Of a DNA stretch of 64,000 bases, positions 6,811 to 16,703 are shown piece after piece. The notes beneath the pieces were generated by a model that saw only the letters and a list, made by a program, of their open reading frames with translations, searched no databases and was not told the origin of the DNA. How positions within the stretch are numbered: position 1 is the first letter of the stretch; each line of letters opens with the position of its first letter. The DNA is taken from NCBI GenBank assembly GCA_902385225.1, contig CABMEU010000029.1, positions 41,065 through 105,064 of the forward strand, written 5' to 3'. Position numbers and translations under genes: made by a program. The DNA comes from an uncultured archaeon. GTDB lineage: Archaea; Iainarchaeota; Iainarchaeia; Iainarchaeales; JAAZKV01.

Positions 6811-8613
6811 TTGGATGCTTTATTGCTCTTTGTTCATATCGCGGAGATTATTATTGTCGCGGCGGTTGTGAGCGCGTTATTAAGAAAATTAAAGCAGCCC
6901 ACGCTCCTTGCGTATATTATTGCGGGTGTTCTGATTGGTCCGCTTGTGATTGGGGGCGTTGATTGGACCGCTTTTGGAATTCCTTTTCCCATTGGAATTA
7001 GCTCAATTACTCCTGAAGTGACAACTTTATCTGAGATTGGAATGGCACTTTTAATGTTTTCCATAGGAATAGAAACTTCTATCCACCGTCTCCTCAAAAT
7101 GGGGCGTTCGGTTATTCTTGCAACTCTTTTGCAGATAGGTCTTGTAATTTTTTTCACTTTTCTCTTAACAATTCCAACAGGGCTTCTTACAACCGAGCAA
7201 GCGCTCTTTGTAGGGGCAATTCTTGCATTCTCCTCCACAATGATCGTGGTAAAACTACTCTCAGATTCAAATGAGCTTAATTCACTTAACAGCAGACTAA
7301 TGATTTCCATTTTGCTTCTGCAGGATTTTTTGATGATTTTTTTTGTTCCAATGCTCTCAAATGTTTCAAATATTCTTGATGTATCCATTTTGTTTAAAGT
7401 GGTCTCAAATAGTTTGCTCTTGTTCATAATTGCTTTTGTAATGAGTCGTTTTGTTCTGCCGCGTTTCTTCAGAGTGGCTGTTGAGGAGCAGGAGCTTTTT
7501 GTTCTTACAAGCGTTGCAACAGCATTCATCTTTATTGGTTTAAGTGTGCTTCTTGATATTCCAAGTTCAATTGGTGCTTTCATCGGCGGTCTTGCCTTAA
7601 GCACCCTTCCGTACAATTTGGAAATATTCTCAAAAATTCGCGCCTTGCGTGACTTTTTCCTCACAATCTTCTTTGTTACTCTTGGAGCGCAGTTAAGTTT
7701 TGGTTTTTCCGTTTTAAATCCGTGGTTAATGGCTGTTATCATCTTACTCGTTTTTGTAATAAAGCCAATTGTTTTCTTTGTGCTCTCTCTATTCATAGGC
7801 TATGGAAGCAAAACCGTAGTAAAAATGGGGTTGAGTTTGTTTCAGGTTTCAGAATTTGGCTTTGTACTTGTAGGGATTGCTACAGCCACATTTATTTCAG
7901 GAGTTCCCATATTTTCCGCTGATTTGGCTTCCTTTATTATAACAGTAATTGCGATTTCAATGATTGTTTCCCCTTACTTAATGGGTTCCTCAAGCAAGGT
8001 TGGGCAATTCTTTTATAATAAAGCAAAGCATCTTCAAAGGCACCTCCGCACTGGTTTCTTTAGGAGAAAACTTGATGAGCTTGAAGTTATGCCTTCAAAG
8101 AAAGAGCTTGAGAATCACATAATCATTGTGGGAGGGGGAACTGTTGGGCGAGGGCTTGCTAAGGAATTAAGAAAAAATAATCAGGTGCTTGTGATTGACC
8201 ATGACCCTGATGTTGTTGAGCAGGGGCAAAGAGAAGGATTGCCGTTTGTTTATGGGACTTCAGAGAATGAAACGCTTTTTGATAAGCTTGACCTCCCCGA
8301 CGCTAAATTATTTATAATCTCAATTCTCAATCACTCAGAATCAATTAATATGATTAAGCAAGTGAGAAAGTTTAACCGCAAATTACCCATATTTACTATC
8401 GCCCACTATTTTTCTGATGCGCTTGACTTCTACAAACAAGGCGCGGAATACGTGTGCATGCCTTCAGTTATTGGCGCTAACTCTTTTATGCAGAAAATCT
8501 CGGAGTTCATTGACACTGGGAAGAACGCGAAAGTAAATAAGTTCAAAACCGAGTTCATGGATTATTTGGAAGAAAAAGTTAAAGAAGAGAAGAAGTATAG
8601 GCAAAGGGGATAG
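6811..8613 (+). CDS. CPA2-type cation/proton antiporter with a C-terminal RCK/TrkA-N domain
   Basis: About 12 transmembrane helices, then IIVGGGTVGRGLAKEL, a Rossmann GxGxxG motif of the TrkA-N type. Confidence 0.8.
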   Translation: MDALLLFVHIAEIIIVAAVVSALLRKLKQPTLLAYIIAGVLIGPLVIGGVDWTAFGIPFPIGISSITPEVTTLSEIGMALLMFSIGIETSIHRLLKMGRSVILATLLQIGLVIFFTFLLTIPTGLLTTEQALFVGAILAFSSTMIVVKLLSDSNELNSLNSRLMISILLLQDFLMIFFVPMLSNVSNILDVSILFKVVSNSLLLFIIAFVMSRFVLPRFFRVAVEEQELFVLTSVATAFIFIGLSVLLDIPSSIGAFIGGLALSTLPYNLEIFSKIRALRDFFLTIFFVTLGAQLSFGFSVLNPWLMAVIILLVFVIKPIVFFVLSLFIGYGSKTVVKMGLSLFQVSEFGFVLVGIATATFISGVPIFSADLASFIITVIAISMIVSPYLMGSSSKVGQFFYNKAKHLQRHLRTGFFRRKLDELEVMPSKKELENHIIIVGGGTVGRGLAKELRKNNQVLVIDHDPDVVEQGQREGLPFVYGTSENETLFDKLDLPDAKLFIISILNHSESINMIKQVRKFNRKLPIFTIAHYFSDALDFYKQGAEYVCMPSVIGANSFMQKISEFIDTGKNAKVNKFKTEFMDYLEEKVKEEKKYRQRG

Positions 8614-8851
8614 TAGAATATCTCACTGAATATCTATTTAGGTTTTGGCTTAACTCCCACAACCCTAATTACTCTTTTTGTTCTATTAACCGGCGGGTTA
8701 GGTTTCCTTGCGAGAGAAAGAGTCCAATTCTTTCCGCCAGCCACTATTGCTCTTTTTGGTCTGAATCTTAATGTAACCATAACTAAATTACGTTTCGCCC
8801 CTTAATAAATTATTTGGTTGTCAAAAAATTATTCATTTTGGGTAGTTGTAT

Positions 8852-9277
8852 TTAGTAATTCTTCGCAATTACATTCTTCCAATTCTCTTTTATCCACTTC
8901 TCTGATTTTTCTGTGATTTCTTCCCAGCCGTGCCTCGCGAGTTCTTTCTCCACTATGTGCCCCTTGTGCGGATGTTTGTGTTTTCGTTCATGGTTTGAGC
9001 CAAATCCCTGAAAGTAGTGTGTGAGTTCGTGCATGAGAACATAATCAAGCACATACTCAGGCACTTCAAGTGATTTTAGTAGCGGGTTTATTTCAATTAT
9101 TGAGCCGAATGCCGCGCTCTGCATTGGAGTAATGTGCCCGAGCTTTCGTTTTGATTTTCTCCCCCAGCGAACAACAAGTAAATTTGTTACCCCGCGCTCC
9201 GCAAAGTTTTCGCGTATAAGCGCCGCGGCTTTTGCTGCCAAGTATTTATCATAATCGGTCGCGGAAACCATGCACAA
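8852..9277 (-). CDS. SprT-like HExxH zinc metalloprotease-like protein
   Basis: VLMHELTHY is an HExxH motif in a small soluble protein of about 140 aa. Confidence 0.45.
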   Translation of the reverse strand: MCMVSATDYDKYLAAKAAALIRENFAERGVTNLLVVRWGRKSKRKLGHITPMQSAAFGSIIEINPLLKSLEVPEYVLDYVLMHELTHYFQGFGSNHERKHKHPHKGHIVEKELARHGWEEITEKSEKWIKENWKNVIAKNY

Positions 9278-9332
9278 AGAAGAGAGGAAAAGTAATTAAG
9301 TGCTTTGTGCGGGGCTGAAAACTAAATTAAAT

Positions 9333-9881
9333 TCACTTGCTCGAAATTAGTTCAAATACGGTCTTAATGTCCCCGAGGTTTGATGTAATATTAATTGTAT
9401 AATTGCCTGAGAATGCCGCGCTGTCAGGGTTTCTTCTTACAATGCAGGGAATTTTTCTTGTGTCTCCTGGAGCAATATTCTCAAGCACATACATTTTTTT
9501 GTTTGTATCAAATATCGCGTTTGGGCAGATGTAAATTATTTCCTGTGAAGTAGTTGAAACATTGAACATCGCGTCAAGTGTCTCTGTTTTTCTGTTAGTA
9601 ATTAAAATATCCATCTCGGCCTGCTTTACTTCCTTTGAAATATCAAGAGGATTATCTTTCCATGAAACACTTATCCCTTTCTCTTCAGGGAAAATATTAA
9701 AGTTTGTGTTCCCAATTCCCTGTATTGCTGAAGGGAGGAACAATACCGCAAGCACTATTATTACAATTATTACCGCCCCGATTGCAAGTATTTTTTTTTC
9801 CTTATCCAAATTCCACGAAGGGTTAGCAGGATTAGGTATCTCCACCCTTGGGAGGTGTATTCTTGGTCCATAAAGCGACAT
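9333..9881 (-). CDS. Membrane-anchored hypothetical protein
   Basis: Single N-terminal transmembrane helix (ILAIGAVIIVIIVLAVLFL) followed by an extracellular domain. No recognisable motif. Confidence 0.3.
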   Translation of the reverse strand: MSLYGPRIHLPRVEIPNPANPSWNLDKEKKILAIGAVIIVIIVLAVLFLPSAIQGIGNTNFNIFPEEKGISVSWKDNPLDISKEVKQAEMDILITNRKTETLDAMFNVSTTSQEIIYICPNAIFDTNKKMYVLENIAPGDTRKIPCIVRRNPDSAAFSGNYTINITSNLGDIKTVFELISSK

Positions 9882-9919
9882 GCCTAGATTAAGTTGTTAG
9901 GGCTATTTAAAGATTACGA

Positions 9920-10711
9920 GTGGCAATGATTTGTATGGAAGAAATAACCCTTGTTGATGAGAATCAGAATAAGGTTTCTGCAATCATCTCAATTCCGCCT
10001 AATGCTAAATCAGTAGTTGCTCTGTCTCATGGTTTTGGCTCATGCAAGGAGAGAAAAAATTACAAAGAATTTGAGACAGAACTAAATGCTGTTGGGATTG
10101 GCACTGTAAGATATGATTATTATGGGCACGGCAAATTGTATTGTGATAACTCAAAAAAATCAACTTATTCAGTTACCAAAGATGTCACTTTGAGCAAAAT
10201 GGTGGCGAGTCTTAGAGAAGTTGTGTCTTATATTAAAAAAAAGGGGAATTATTCCATTGGTCTTATGGGGAATAGTTTTGGTGGATTGCTTTCACTTATT
10301 GTTGCATCACAAGATTCTAGCATAAAGGCGTTGGCTTTGAAATCTCCTGTTGTTGAGCCGATAAGCTTTTGGCAAAATAGATTGGGAGATAAGAGAATTA
10401 AAGATTGGGAGAAAAAAGGCATTATGCATTGGGGCTGCGTTGGCGAGGATTTTGATTTAGAGTTTGATTTTTGGAAAGACCTTCAGGCGTATGATACTCT
10501 AACTTTAGCAAAACAAATGCGCTGTCCGGTTTTGATTGTTCATGGCGGTGCTGATACAATTGTGCCGATAAAACAAAGCCAAGCTCTTGCAAAAATCCTT
10601 GGTGTGCAAGTGCGTGTAGTAGCTGGCGCAGATCATGACTATGAAACTACAAAACAGCACAATGAAATGAAAAGTGCAATTGAGGAATTTCTTAAAGAAA
10701 AACTAGTTTAG
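9920..10711 (+). CDS. Alpha/beta-fold hydrolase (dienelactone hydrolase / esterase-like)
   Basis: GNSFGG nucleophile elbow (GxSxG), HGGADTIVP, and a distal DHDY. Confidence 0.7.
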   Translation: MAMICMEEITLVDENQNKVSAIISIPPNAKSVVALSHGFGSCKERKNYKEFETELNAVGIGTVRYDYYGHGKLYCDNSKKSTYSVTKDVTLSKMVASLREVVSYIKKKGNYSIGLMGNSFGGLLSLIVASQDSSIKALALKSPVVEPISFWQNRLGDKRIKDWEKKGIMHWGCVGEDFDLEFDFWKDLQAYDTLTLAKQMRCPVLIVHGGADTIVPIKQSQALAKILGVQVRVVAGADHDYETTKQHNEMKSAIEEFLKEKLV

Positions 10712-10716
10712 TATTA

Positions 10717-11007
10717 TTACGGAAGCGTAAACAACTGGTCATCCGTAGCTTCAAACACTTTTGCCCTTACTCCCGCATCAAGCCATGCGTGGGCGTAGGA
10801 GAATGCGGCGAGAGAGGTGAGTAAATTTCCATGTTCCTTGAAGTATTTGGCGTCATTAAAGTAATTCTTTGCCATTGAGAGAAAATCCTCCGCAATCGCT
10901 TTGTCCTTCGCATCAAGTCCTTTCTTTAATTTAATTTCTTTAAGTCCCTTCGCGGTGAGTTTCTCGTATTTCTCAACTTTTTCCTTAAGTTCTTTCTCAG
11001 TAACCAT
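10717..11007 (-). CDS. Small alpha-helical conserved archaeal-type protein, function unknown
   Basis: The ORF is trimmed to the internal start MVTEKEL so that it does not overlap the diphthine synthase gene. It is K/E-rich and helical. Confidence 0.3.
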   Translation of the reverse strand: MVTEKELKEKVEKYEKLTAKGLKEIKLKKGLDAKDKAIAEDFLSMAKNYFNDAKYFKEHGNLLTSLAAFSYAHAWLDAGVRAKVFEATDDQLFTLP

Positions 11008-11020
11008 TCTCTTCACCAAA

Positions 11021-11788
11021 TTAATGTAACTTTTCAAGCGCTTCCTTTTCTTTCTCATTAGTTTTTCCCAAAACAATTAAACTTTGCGGGAAAATATAAT
11101 GAATTTCCTTAAACTCGCGGATATTTTTCTCTCCATTAAGGATTTTTTGTTTTTCAGAGCCCATTCCCATTAGCGCAACATATTCAAATCCTTTCTTCTT
11201 CACGGTTTTCTTTTTCTCTTTTCCAGCAATCTTTTCAAGAACCTCAATCGCTTCAATTGCGTTCATCATTCTTTGTGGTGTTTCATCCTTCTTAATATCA
11301 AGTAAGCATAATGTGTGTAACCCTATTTTCTGGTTCGCAAGAATTTGTTTGTAAAAAGTATCAGGCTCATAATTTGGCGCGTGGTAGCAAATTGTTACGG
11401 TTCTCCCGAACTTGTACTCATCCAAACCCGATTCAGCAACAAAATTGGTAATTGAAATTCCAGGTATTACTTTTGTTTTTATTCCCTTTTCCTTCGCATC
11501 AAGGAGTAATTGTATGTGTGTTGTTGCGGTGAGTGGGTTACCAAACACAAGGAGCGCAATATTATTTGAACTCGCAGAAAGCAGCGCGCTTTCAAAATTC
11601 TCTTCAACACCCTTTCTACCAAGTTCCAAAAAATCTCTTCCGATTAATTCCTTTAAATCCTTAGTGAACCCTTGCGCGTATTGTGAGGTATAAGTTTCAA
11701 GGAATACCGAATCACACTTCTTTATCGCCTCAAGTGCCTCAATCGTCAAGTGTGAGGGTTTTAGCCCGAGTCCAATCAAATATAACAT
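11021..11788 (-). CDS. dph5: Diphthine synthase (EF-2 diphthamide biosynthesis methyltransferase)
   Basis: Starts MLYLIGLGL, a tetrapyrrole-methylase-fold signature typical of Dph5. Contains GNPLTATTH. Confidence 0.85.
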   Translation of the reverse strand: MLYLIGLGLKPSHLTIEALEAIKKCDSVFLETYTSQYAQGFTKDLKELIGRDFLELGRKGVEENFESALLSASSNNIALLVFGNPLTATTHIQLLLDAKEKGIKTKVIPGISITNFVAESGLDEYKFGRTVTICYHAPNYEPDTFYKQILANQKIGLHTLCLLDIKKDETPQRMMNAIEAIEVLEKIAGKEKKKTVKKKGFEYVALMGMGSEKQKILNGEKNIREFKEIHYIFPQSLIVLGKTNEKEKEALEKLH

Positions 11789-11846
11789 ATAAATCAAGTA
11801 ATTTATCTCCAGAAAAGTTTTAATACTGCCGAGCGGTGATTTAATC

Positions 11847-12305
11847 ATGATTAAAAGAAGAGTATCAGTGCGTGCTTTGGTAAGAAGAGGCGCTTTAGGG
11901 GGCGCGGTTAGTTTGGGAGAGGCGCGGGGCGGGGCTAATGGCGGGATGCGAAGCGAGTTAAGAGTTCACAATAAAAGCAGTTCTGATAATAAGGGTAGGA
12001 TTCCTTACAAAAGAGCTGTTATCAAATCCAAGCTGAATAGGGTTAGGAGAATAAGGAGTCCTGCGGAGCAGAGAATGGCACTTAGAATTGTTGAGTTAAT
12101 TAATTCCGGGAAGTATCCTCAAAGGGATGAAATTCTGAGACGCGCTGTGAGCACTTACAGAGCCCAATTTGTTTTTATTGAGGGGAATAAGAAAATCAGG
12201 TGGGACCCGCACCTCGCTTTTAAGGTTTATAAGAATCTAATCTCCTGGGGAGTAGTTACCGAGAAACCTTCCTCTCAAAAGTATGCTACTGTGACTAAGC
12301 GCTGA
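11847..12305 (+). CDS. Basic hypothetical protein
   Basis: R/K-rich 152-aa ORF and the only long ORF in this interval. No motif. Confidence 0.25.
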   Translation: MIKRRVSVRALVRRGALGGAVSLGEARGGANGGMRSELRVHNKSSSDNKGRIPYKRAVIKSKLNRVRRIRSPAEQRMALRIVELINSGKYPQRDEILRRAVSTYRAQFVFIEGNKKIRWDPHLAFKVYKNLISWGVVTEKPSSQKYATVTKR

Positions 12306-12362
12306 TTTTGGTGCGGGCATAATTTAGTTTAAAGAATCTTTTTTGTAAAAGAATGTTTTTTC

Positions 12363-13253
12363 TTATGCGAAACCTAATTTTAACAAACTCGCAAGTCCAG
12401 TGGCGAATCCGAGTATTGCGAGTATTACTTTAATGAACCCCGCAATATTTCTTTTCTCATTTATTTTTGCAAGCGTTTTGTGTTTCTTTATTTCTCCGTT
12501 CAGATAATCATCAAGGCTCCAGCAAATCAACAGGGCAAGAATTAATTTCGCTGAAATGAATAAAAGCGGGCTGATGTTTAAGAGAGCATTTGAGACAACG
12601 TGCTGTTCAGAGAAACTAAAATAAGTAATCGCAACACTGCTTGCGATTCCATCAATCCCCTGCCCAAGCACCACAAAAATATTTAATTTATCATTTAGTA
12701 TTTTGTATTTAGTAAATCGGTTTATTGCGGCGCACAACCCGTAGCACACGAGAAGGATTGCGATTGTTGTAAGTATTACTGCGCTCCAATTAGTGAATCT
12801 GGTAAGATTAAACAAAAGCGGAACAATTGCAACAATTACTCCAAACCTTGCGAGTGTTTTGTAATTAATTTCCTTTTTGTGCAATACTCCTGAGATGATT
12901 AATCCAATCACAACAAGAACAAAAGTAAGTATCCAAATTCCCGGGGTAAAAAACCAAAATCCAATTTCAAGCGGATTTGCAGTTTTTACGACCCCGCCAA
13001 GAACTAGCAGCCCGGCTTCAATTTGGTGCATTATTACTCTCATTGAGATTCCAAAAAGAATGTATGGGATTAGCGCAACAAAGAACTTTTTATCAAAAGT
13101 GATTTTCTTTCGCAGGGCGAGATAAATTATTGCACATGCAATAACAAGCAGTATCATATAAACCGCGGTGTTCACAAGGTTATACCCCTGCGTTTCAGGG
13201 CTTATGATGGGTTTAATGAAGTAATCGTAAACGAAACCGCTTGCTTCAACCAT
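12363..13253 (-). CDS. Polytopic integral membrane protein, function unknown
   Basis: About eight predicted transmembrane helices. Confidence 0.4.
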   Translation of the reverse strand: MVEASGFVYDYFIKPIISPETQGYNLVNTAVYMILLVIACAIIYLALRKKITFDKKFFVALIPYILFGISMRVIMHQIEAGLLVLGGVVKTANPLEIGFWFFTPGIWILTFVLVVIGLIISGVLHKKEINYKTLARFGVIVAIVPLLFNLTRFTNWSAVILTTIAILLVCYGLCAAINRFTKYKILNDKLNIFVVLGQGIDGIASSVAITYFSFSEQHVVSNALLNISPLLFISAKLILALLICWSLDDYLNGEIKKHKTLAKINEKRNIAGFIKVILAILGFATGLASLLKLGFA

Positions 13254-13296
13254 GCCAGATTTTAGTATAGGGTATGTTTAAATTATTGTTTTCTGA

Positions 13297-14130
13297 ATGT
13301 TATTTATGAATCTTAAAGAAGCATTAATCCAAAAGCTCCCCGCAAAGCTTGCGCCTTTCGCGCCTAAGGCATTTGATTCTTTTGGGAATATTGCGGTAAT
13401 GGAAATACCAAAGGAACTAAATAAGAAAAAGAAACTAATTGGCGAAACGCTTATTTCAATGAATCCAAGATTTGAAACGGTTTGTTCTATTGAAAGTGAC
13501 CATAAAGGAAAATTCCGCGTGCAGAAAGTAAAAGTAATTGCGGGAAAGAAGCAAACCATCGCGACTTACAAAGAATATGGGTGCACATTTCTAATTCCGC
13601 TTGGAAAAGTTTTCTTTTCGCCGAGATTGAGCGGAGAGCGGACAAGAATCGCCGGATTAATTCAGCCCGGAGAGATTGTTGGCGCATGGTTCTCGGGTGT
13701 CGGTCCTTACCCAATAATATTTTCCAAGCACTCAAAAATGCAGAGCGCGGTTGCGATTGAACTAAATCCATTCGGGCATAAGTACGCGAAGAAGAATGCT
13801 GAGTTAAATAAAGTAAAAAATGTTGAATTCGTTAAGGGGGATGTGAAGAAGGTTTACAAGAAATTCAAACAAAAGTTTGACAGAATCGCGATGCCTCTCC
13901 CGCACACTGGATACCAATTCCTAAAAGAAGCATTTTATTGCGCAAAGCCTGGTGCGGTGATTCACATGTATGAAATTATTCACAAAGGGGATTATTCTCT
14001 TCCAGAATCACAAATTATGGGCGAAGCAAAAAAAGCAAAGCGCAGAGTAGAGATTATTTACAAAAATAAGGTTCGCGAGTTCTCCCCCACAAAAGAGCAG
14101 GTTGTTTTTGATATTTTGGTGCTTGATTAG
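13297..14130 (+). CDS. Trm5/Taw2-family tRNA methyltransferase (class I SAM-dependent)
   Basis: FDSFGNIAVMEI in the N-terminal region. GAWFSGVGPYPI is a D/FxGxGxF-type SAM motif. ELNP and IAMPLP resemble the Trm5 NPPY-like region. Confidence 0.6.
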   Translation: MLFMNLKEALIQKLPAKLAPFAPKAFDSFGNIAVMEIPKELNKKKKLIGETLISMNPRFETVCSIESDHKGKFRVQKVKVIAGKKQTIATYKEYGCTFLIPLGKVFFSPRLSGERTRIAGLIQPGEIVGAWFSGVGPYPIIFSKHSKMQSAVAIELNPFGHKYAKKNAELNKVKNVEFVKGDVKKVYKKFKQKFDRIAMPLPHTGYQFLKEAFYCAKPGAVIHMYEIIHKGDYSLPESQIMGEAKKAKRRVEIIYKNKVREFSPTKEQVVFDILVLD

Positions 14131-14213
14131 TTGTTTAGCTCTTCTTCTCATTTTTGCCCCCGCACCCTAACGCATTTAAATTGTTCTGGCTTTCAATTCC
14201 TTTGGTGAGCAAT

Positions 14214-14888
14214 ATGGCATTGAATTTGATTTTTTTGGGTCCCCCTGGAGCAGGGAAGGGAACTGTAGCGCAGGCGGTAATGGATAAGTATTCTTTAGTT
14301 CAATTATCTACGGGGGATTTGATTAGAGCGGAAGTTGCGAGCGGCTCTGAACTTGGCAAAAAACTTGGTGTGATAATTAACTCCGGCCAGCTTGTTGGCG
14401 ATGATTTGATGGCCCAGATGCTTGAGAAGGACCTCGCTAAGAAGGTTTCCCAAAAAACATTCAAAGGAATTATTCTTGATGGATTCCCAAGGACTCTTCC
14501 GCAGGCTGATATGCTTGAGAGTATATTAAAGAAACTCAAACAGAAACTAACAGCGGTTATTTATATTGAGTCCTCAAAGGAAAGCGTTGTTTATAGGCTT
14601 TCGTCAAGATGGTCCTGTTCAAAATGCAAAAAAGTGTATAATACAATTACAATGCCTCCAAAGAATGCGGGTGTTTGCGATGATGATGGGGCAAAACTTA
14701 CTCAGCGCGATGATGATAAGCCAGAAACAATCGGGAAGAGGTATGATACATTCATAGAAAAAACAAGCCCTTTGATTAATTACTACGAGAAAAAGGGATT
14801 GCTGCACAGATACGATGGTAATGTTCCTCCAGGACCATCAATTGCTGCCGCGGAAAAGATAATCGCGGGTATTGTGAAGAAGAATTAG
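14214..14888 (+). CDS. adk: Adenylate kinase with a zinc-finger lid
   Basis: LIFLGPPGAGKGT P-loop, and a CSKC...CDDDG lid. The start is trimmed to MALNLIF. Confidence 0.85.
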   Translation: MALNLIFLGPPGAGKGTVAQAVMDKYSLVQLSTGDLIRAEVASGSELGKKLGVIINSGQLVGDDLMAQMLEKDLAKKVSQKTFKGIILDGFPRTLPQADMLESILKKLKQKLTAVIYIESSKESVVYRLSSRWSCSKCKKVYNTITMPPKNAGVCDDDGAKLTQRDDDKPETIGKRYDTFIEKTSPLINYYEKKGLLHRYDGNVPPGPSIAAAEKIIAGIVKKN

Positions 14889-14912
14889 TTTTGAGTGAAG
14901 TCATTGGGCTTA

Positions 14913-15569
14913 TTATAGCTCAATGCTTTCTCCACTTTTTAGGAATTTGTATTTCAGTTTATTCTTCTCAAGTTCTTGTCTCATCTTCTCAGCATCCCCC
15001 GGTAATTTTGGGTTATCATTGTGCATTGGAAGAACTAGTTCCGCTTCGGTTTCCTTTGCAAAGAGCGCGGATTCAAATGGCGACATGCATACTCCGTGGT
15101 TGTTGAATGGAAGCATTACAACATTACATTTGTATTCATTTGGGAAGCAAATAGTATCCGCAGTGTGGTAAATTCGTTTCTTTCCATTGTCAAGAATGAA
15201 TCCAATTCCCTCATTTACTTCTTTTCCGCCTTTTAGTAACGGGGTGTATCCATGTACCGCTTTAACCACTTCAACTCTTATTTTTCCAAGTACGCTGACG
15301 TCGCCCTCTTTTACTATTTCAAATTTTGTGTTAGGATAAAATGTAGCGACCTCGCGCGTGGAGAAAATTTTTGTTTTTGGCGAGAGTATTTTTTGAACCG
15401 CTTCCTCGCAAAAATGATCAAAGTGTTTGTGGGTAACAAGAACAAAATTCGGGTTCATCCATGCGTGAATAGTTTTTTCATCAAGAAGCAGAGCTCCAGG
15501 GTCAATTAGAATTTTTGTACCGCCCTCTTCAATCAGGAAGCAGGATTGCGCAAATTTTGTTAGTTTCAT
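14913..15569 (-). CDS. MBL-fold metallo-hydrolase
   Basis: VTHKHFDHF, the HxHxDH motif. Confidence 0.7.
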   Translation of the reverse strand: MKLTKFAQSCFLIEEGGTKILIDPGALLLDEKTIHAWMNPNFVLVTHKHFDHFCEEAVQKILSPKTKIFSTREVATFYPNTKFEIVKEGDVSVLGKIRVEVVKAVHGYTPLLKGGKEVNEGIGFILDNGKKRIYHTADTICFPNEYKCNVVMLPFNNHGVCMSPFESALFAKETEAELVLPMHNDNPKLPGDAEKMRQELEKNKLKYKFLKSGESIEL

Positions 15570-15863
15570 AAGATAAAGACTTATGGGGAATGATTTTATT
15601 CTTATTTATCTGTATTTCAAAAGATATGTTACCAAGATTTATTCTTTTAAAGATTTAAGTTTTTCAACTCTTGCCCTAAATTTTGCTTCCTTTGGAGAAC
15701 CAAATGTGGACCTGTTTAATCTAAATTCTGCGCTTTCTATTGCTCTTTGTAATTTTCTTCCGTTTTGGTTTCCTTTTAATTGGATGACCTTGCCAGGGGG
15801 GTTGCCTTTAATAGTTTTTTTTATTGGTAATAAGATTAATCTTCTTGGCATTAAATTCACCAG

Positions 15864-16574
15864 TTACTTAATCGCGTCCCAAATGATATTGTCCCTTGGG
15901 TTTACAACAATTCCTTTTTGAGTGATTTCGAGAGGGTGCGGGTTCTTGTCGTGTGTTGTTCCGCGCATCTTTCTGACAAATAAGCTTCTGTTTGGCGGGC
16001 TAAAATATAATGCAAGCACGCCGTCAACAACAAATTCCTCTACCCCGAATGCCGAGTAAACATTTTTGTTTGACTGGGTTTCTGATGTTAAAAGTGTAGT
16101 GCATCCGAATGTTTTGAGTCTGTCAGTAAGTTTGAATAGTGTTGTCCTTAGCATGCTTGTTTCCATGTACGCGCCAAACACAGTCGTGGAATCAATTACA
16201 AGTCTTTTTGCGTTAATTGATTCGACTTCTTTTGCGATTTCATCAAGCTGTTCGTTGAGTTTCTCTTCAACTCTTGTCCTATCCTTCATGAATTCCATGC
16301 TCAATCTGTAAATGTTAAACATTCCCTGGTCTTGTAAAGCTTTAATGTCCCATTGGAAGCTCTCCATGTTCCATGCGATATCGCGTACATTTCCCTCAAG
16401 TGTAACAAATAATCCGGGTTCGCCGTACTGTAGTCCGCCGTTGTATAAGTATTGTGTGGCAAGAATTGTTTTTCCAGTTCCTGGTCCGCCGGCAACAAGA
16501 ACATTGCTTCCTTTTGGAATTCCCCCGCTTAAGAGCTCATCAAGCCCCGGAATTCCTGTCTTTACTCGTTCCAA
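15864..16574 (-). CDS. KaiC/RadA-like single-domain RecA-superfamily ATPase
   Basis: GIPGLDELLSGGIPKGSNVLVAGGPGTGKT, a Walker A motif in KaiC/RadA context. Confidence 0.75.
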   Translation of the reverse strand: MERVKTGIPGLDELLSGGIPKGSNVLVAGGPGTGKTILATQYLYNGGLQYGEPGLFVTLEGNVRDIAWNMESFQWDIKALQDQGMFNIYRLSMEFMKDRTRVEEKLNEQLDEIAKEVESINAKRLVIDSTTVFGAYMETSMLRTTLFKLTDRLKTFGCTTLLTSETQSNKNVYSAFGVEEFVVDGVLALYFSPPNRSLFVRKMRGTTHDKNPHPLEITQKGIVVNPRDNIIWDAIK

Positions 16575-16703
16575 TTCAACACCTTTTTTCTGTTATAGTT
16601 AGCATTTTCATATATTTAAAGCTTCTTTGTGGGCGGTTAAAGCTTTGCGCTGATTTTTGGTGTTCTAATAAGAATTAAAAACAAGGGGAGACTTACTATT
16701 GTC

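Noticed and set aside
6834-7796. 320-aa minus-strand ORF inside the antiporter gene
   Set aside because: It is entirely antisense to a confidently assigned membrane-transporter CDS (TrkA-N motif on the plus strand). Its low-complexity, S/T/K/I-rich translation is typical of a mirror frame in AT-rich coding DNA.
8614-8851. 238-bp intergenic region as a candidate C/D-box or SRP RNA
   Set aside because: No RUGAUGA/CUGA box pairs and no GC-rich helices of SRP type are recognisable. Only weak ggcgg/ccgcc complementarity was found.
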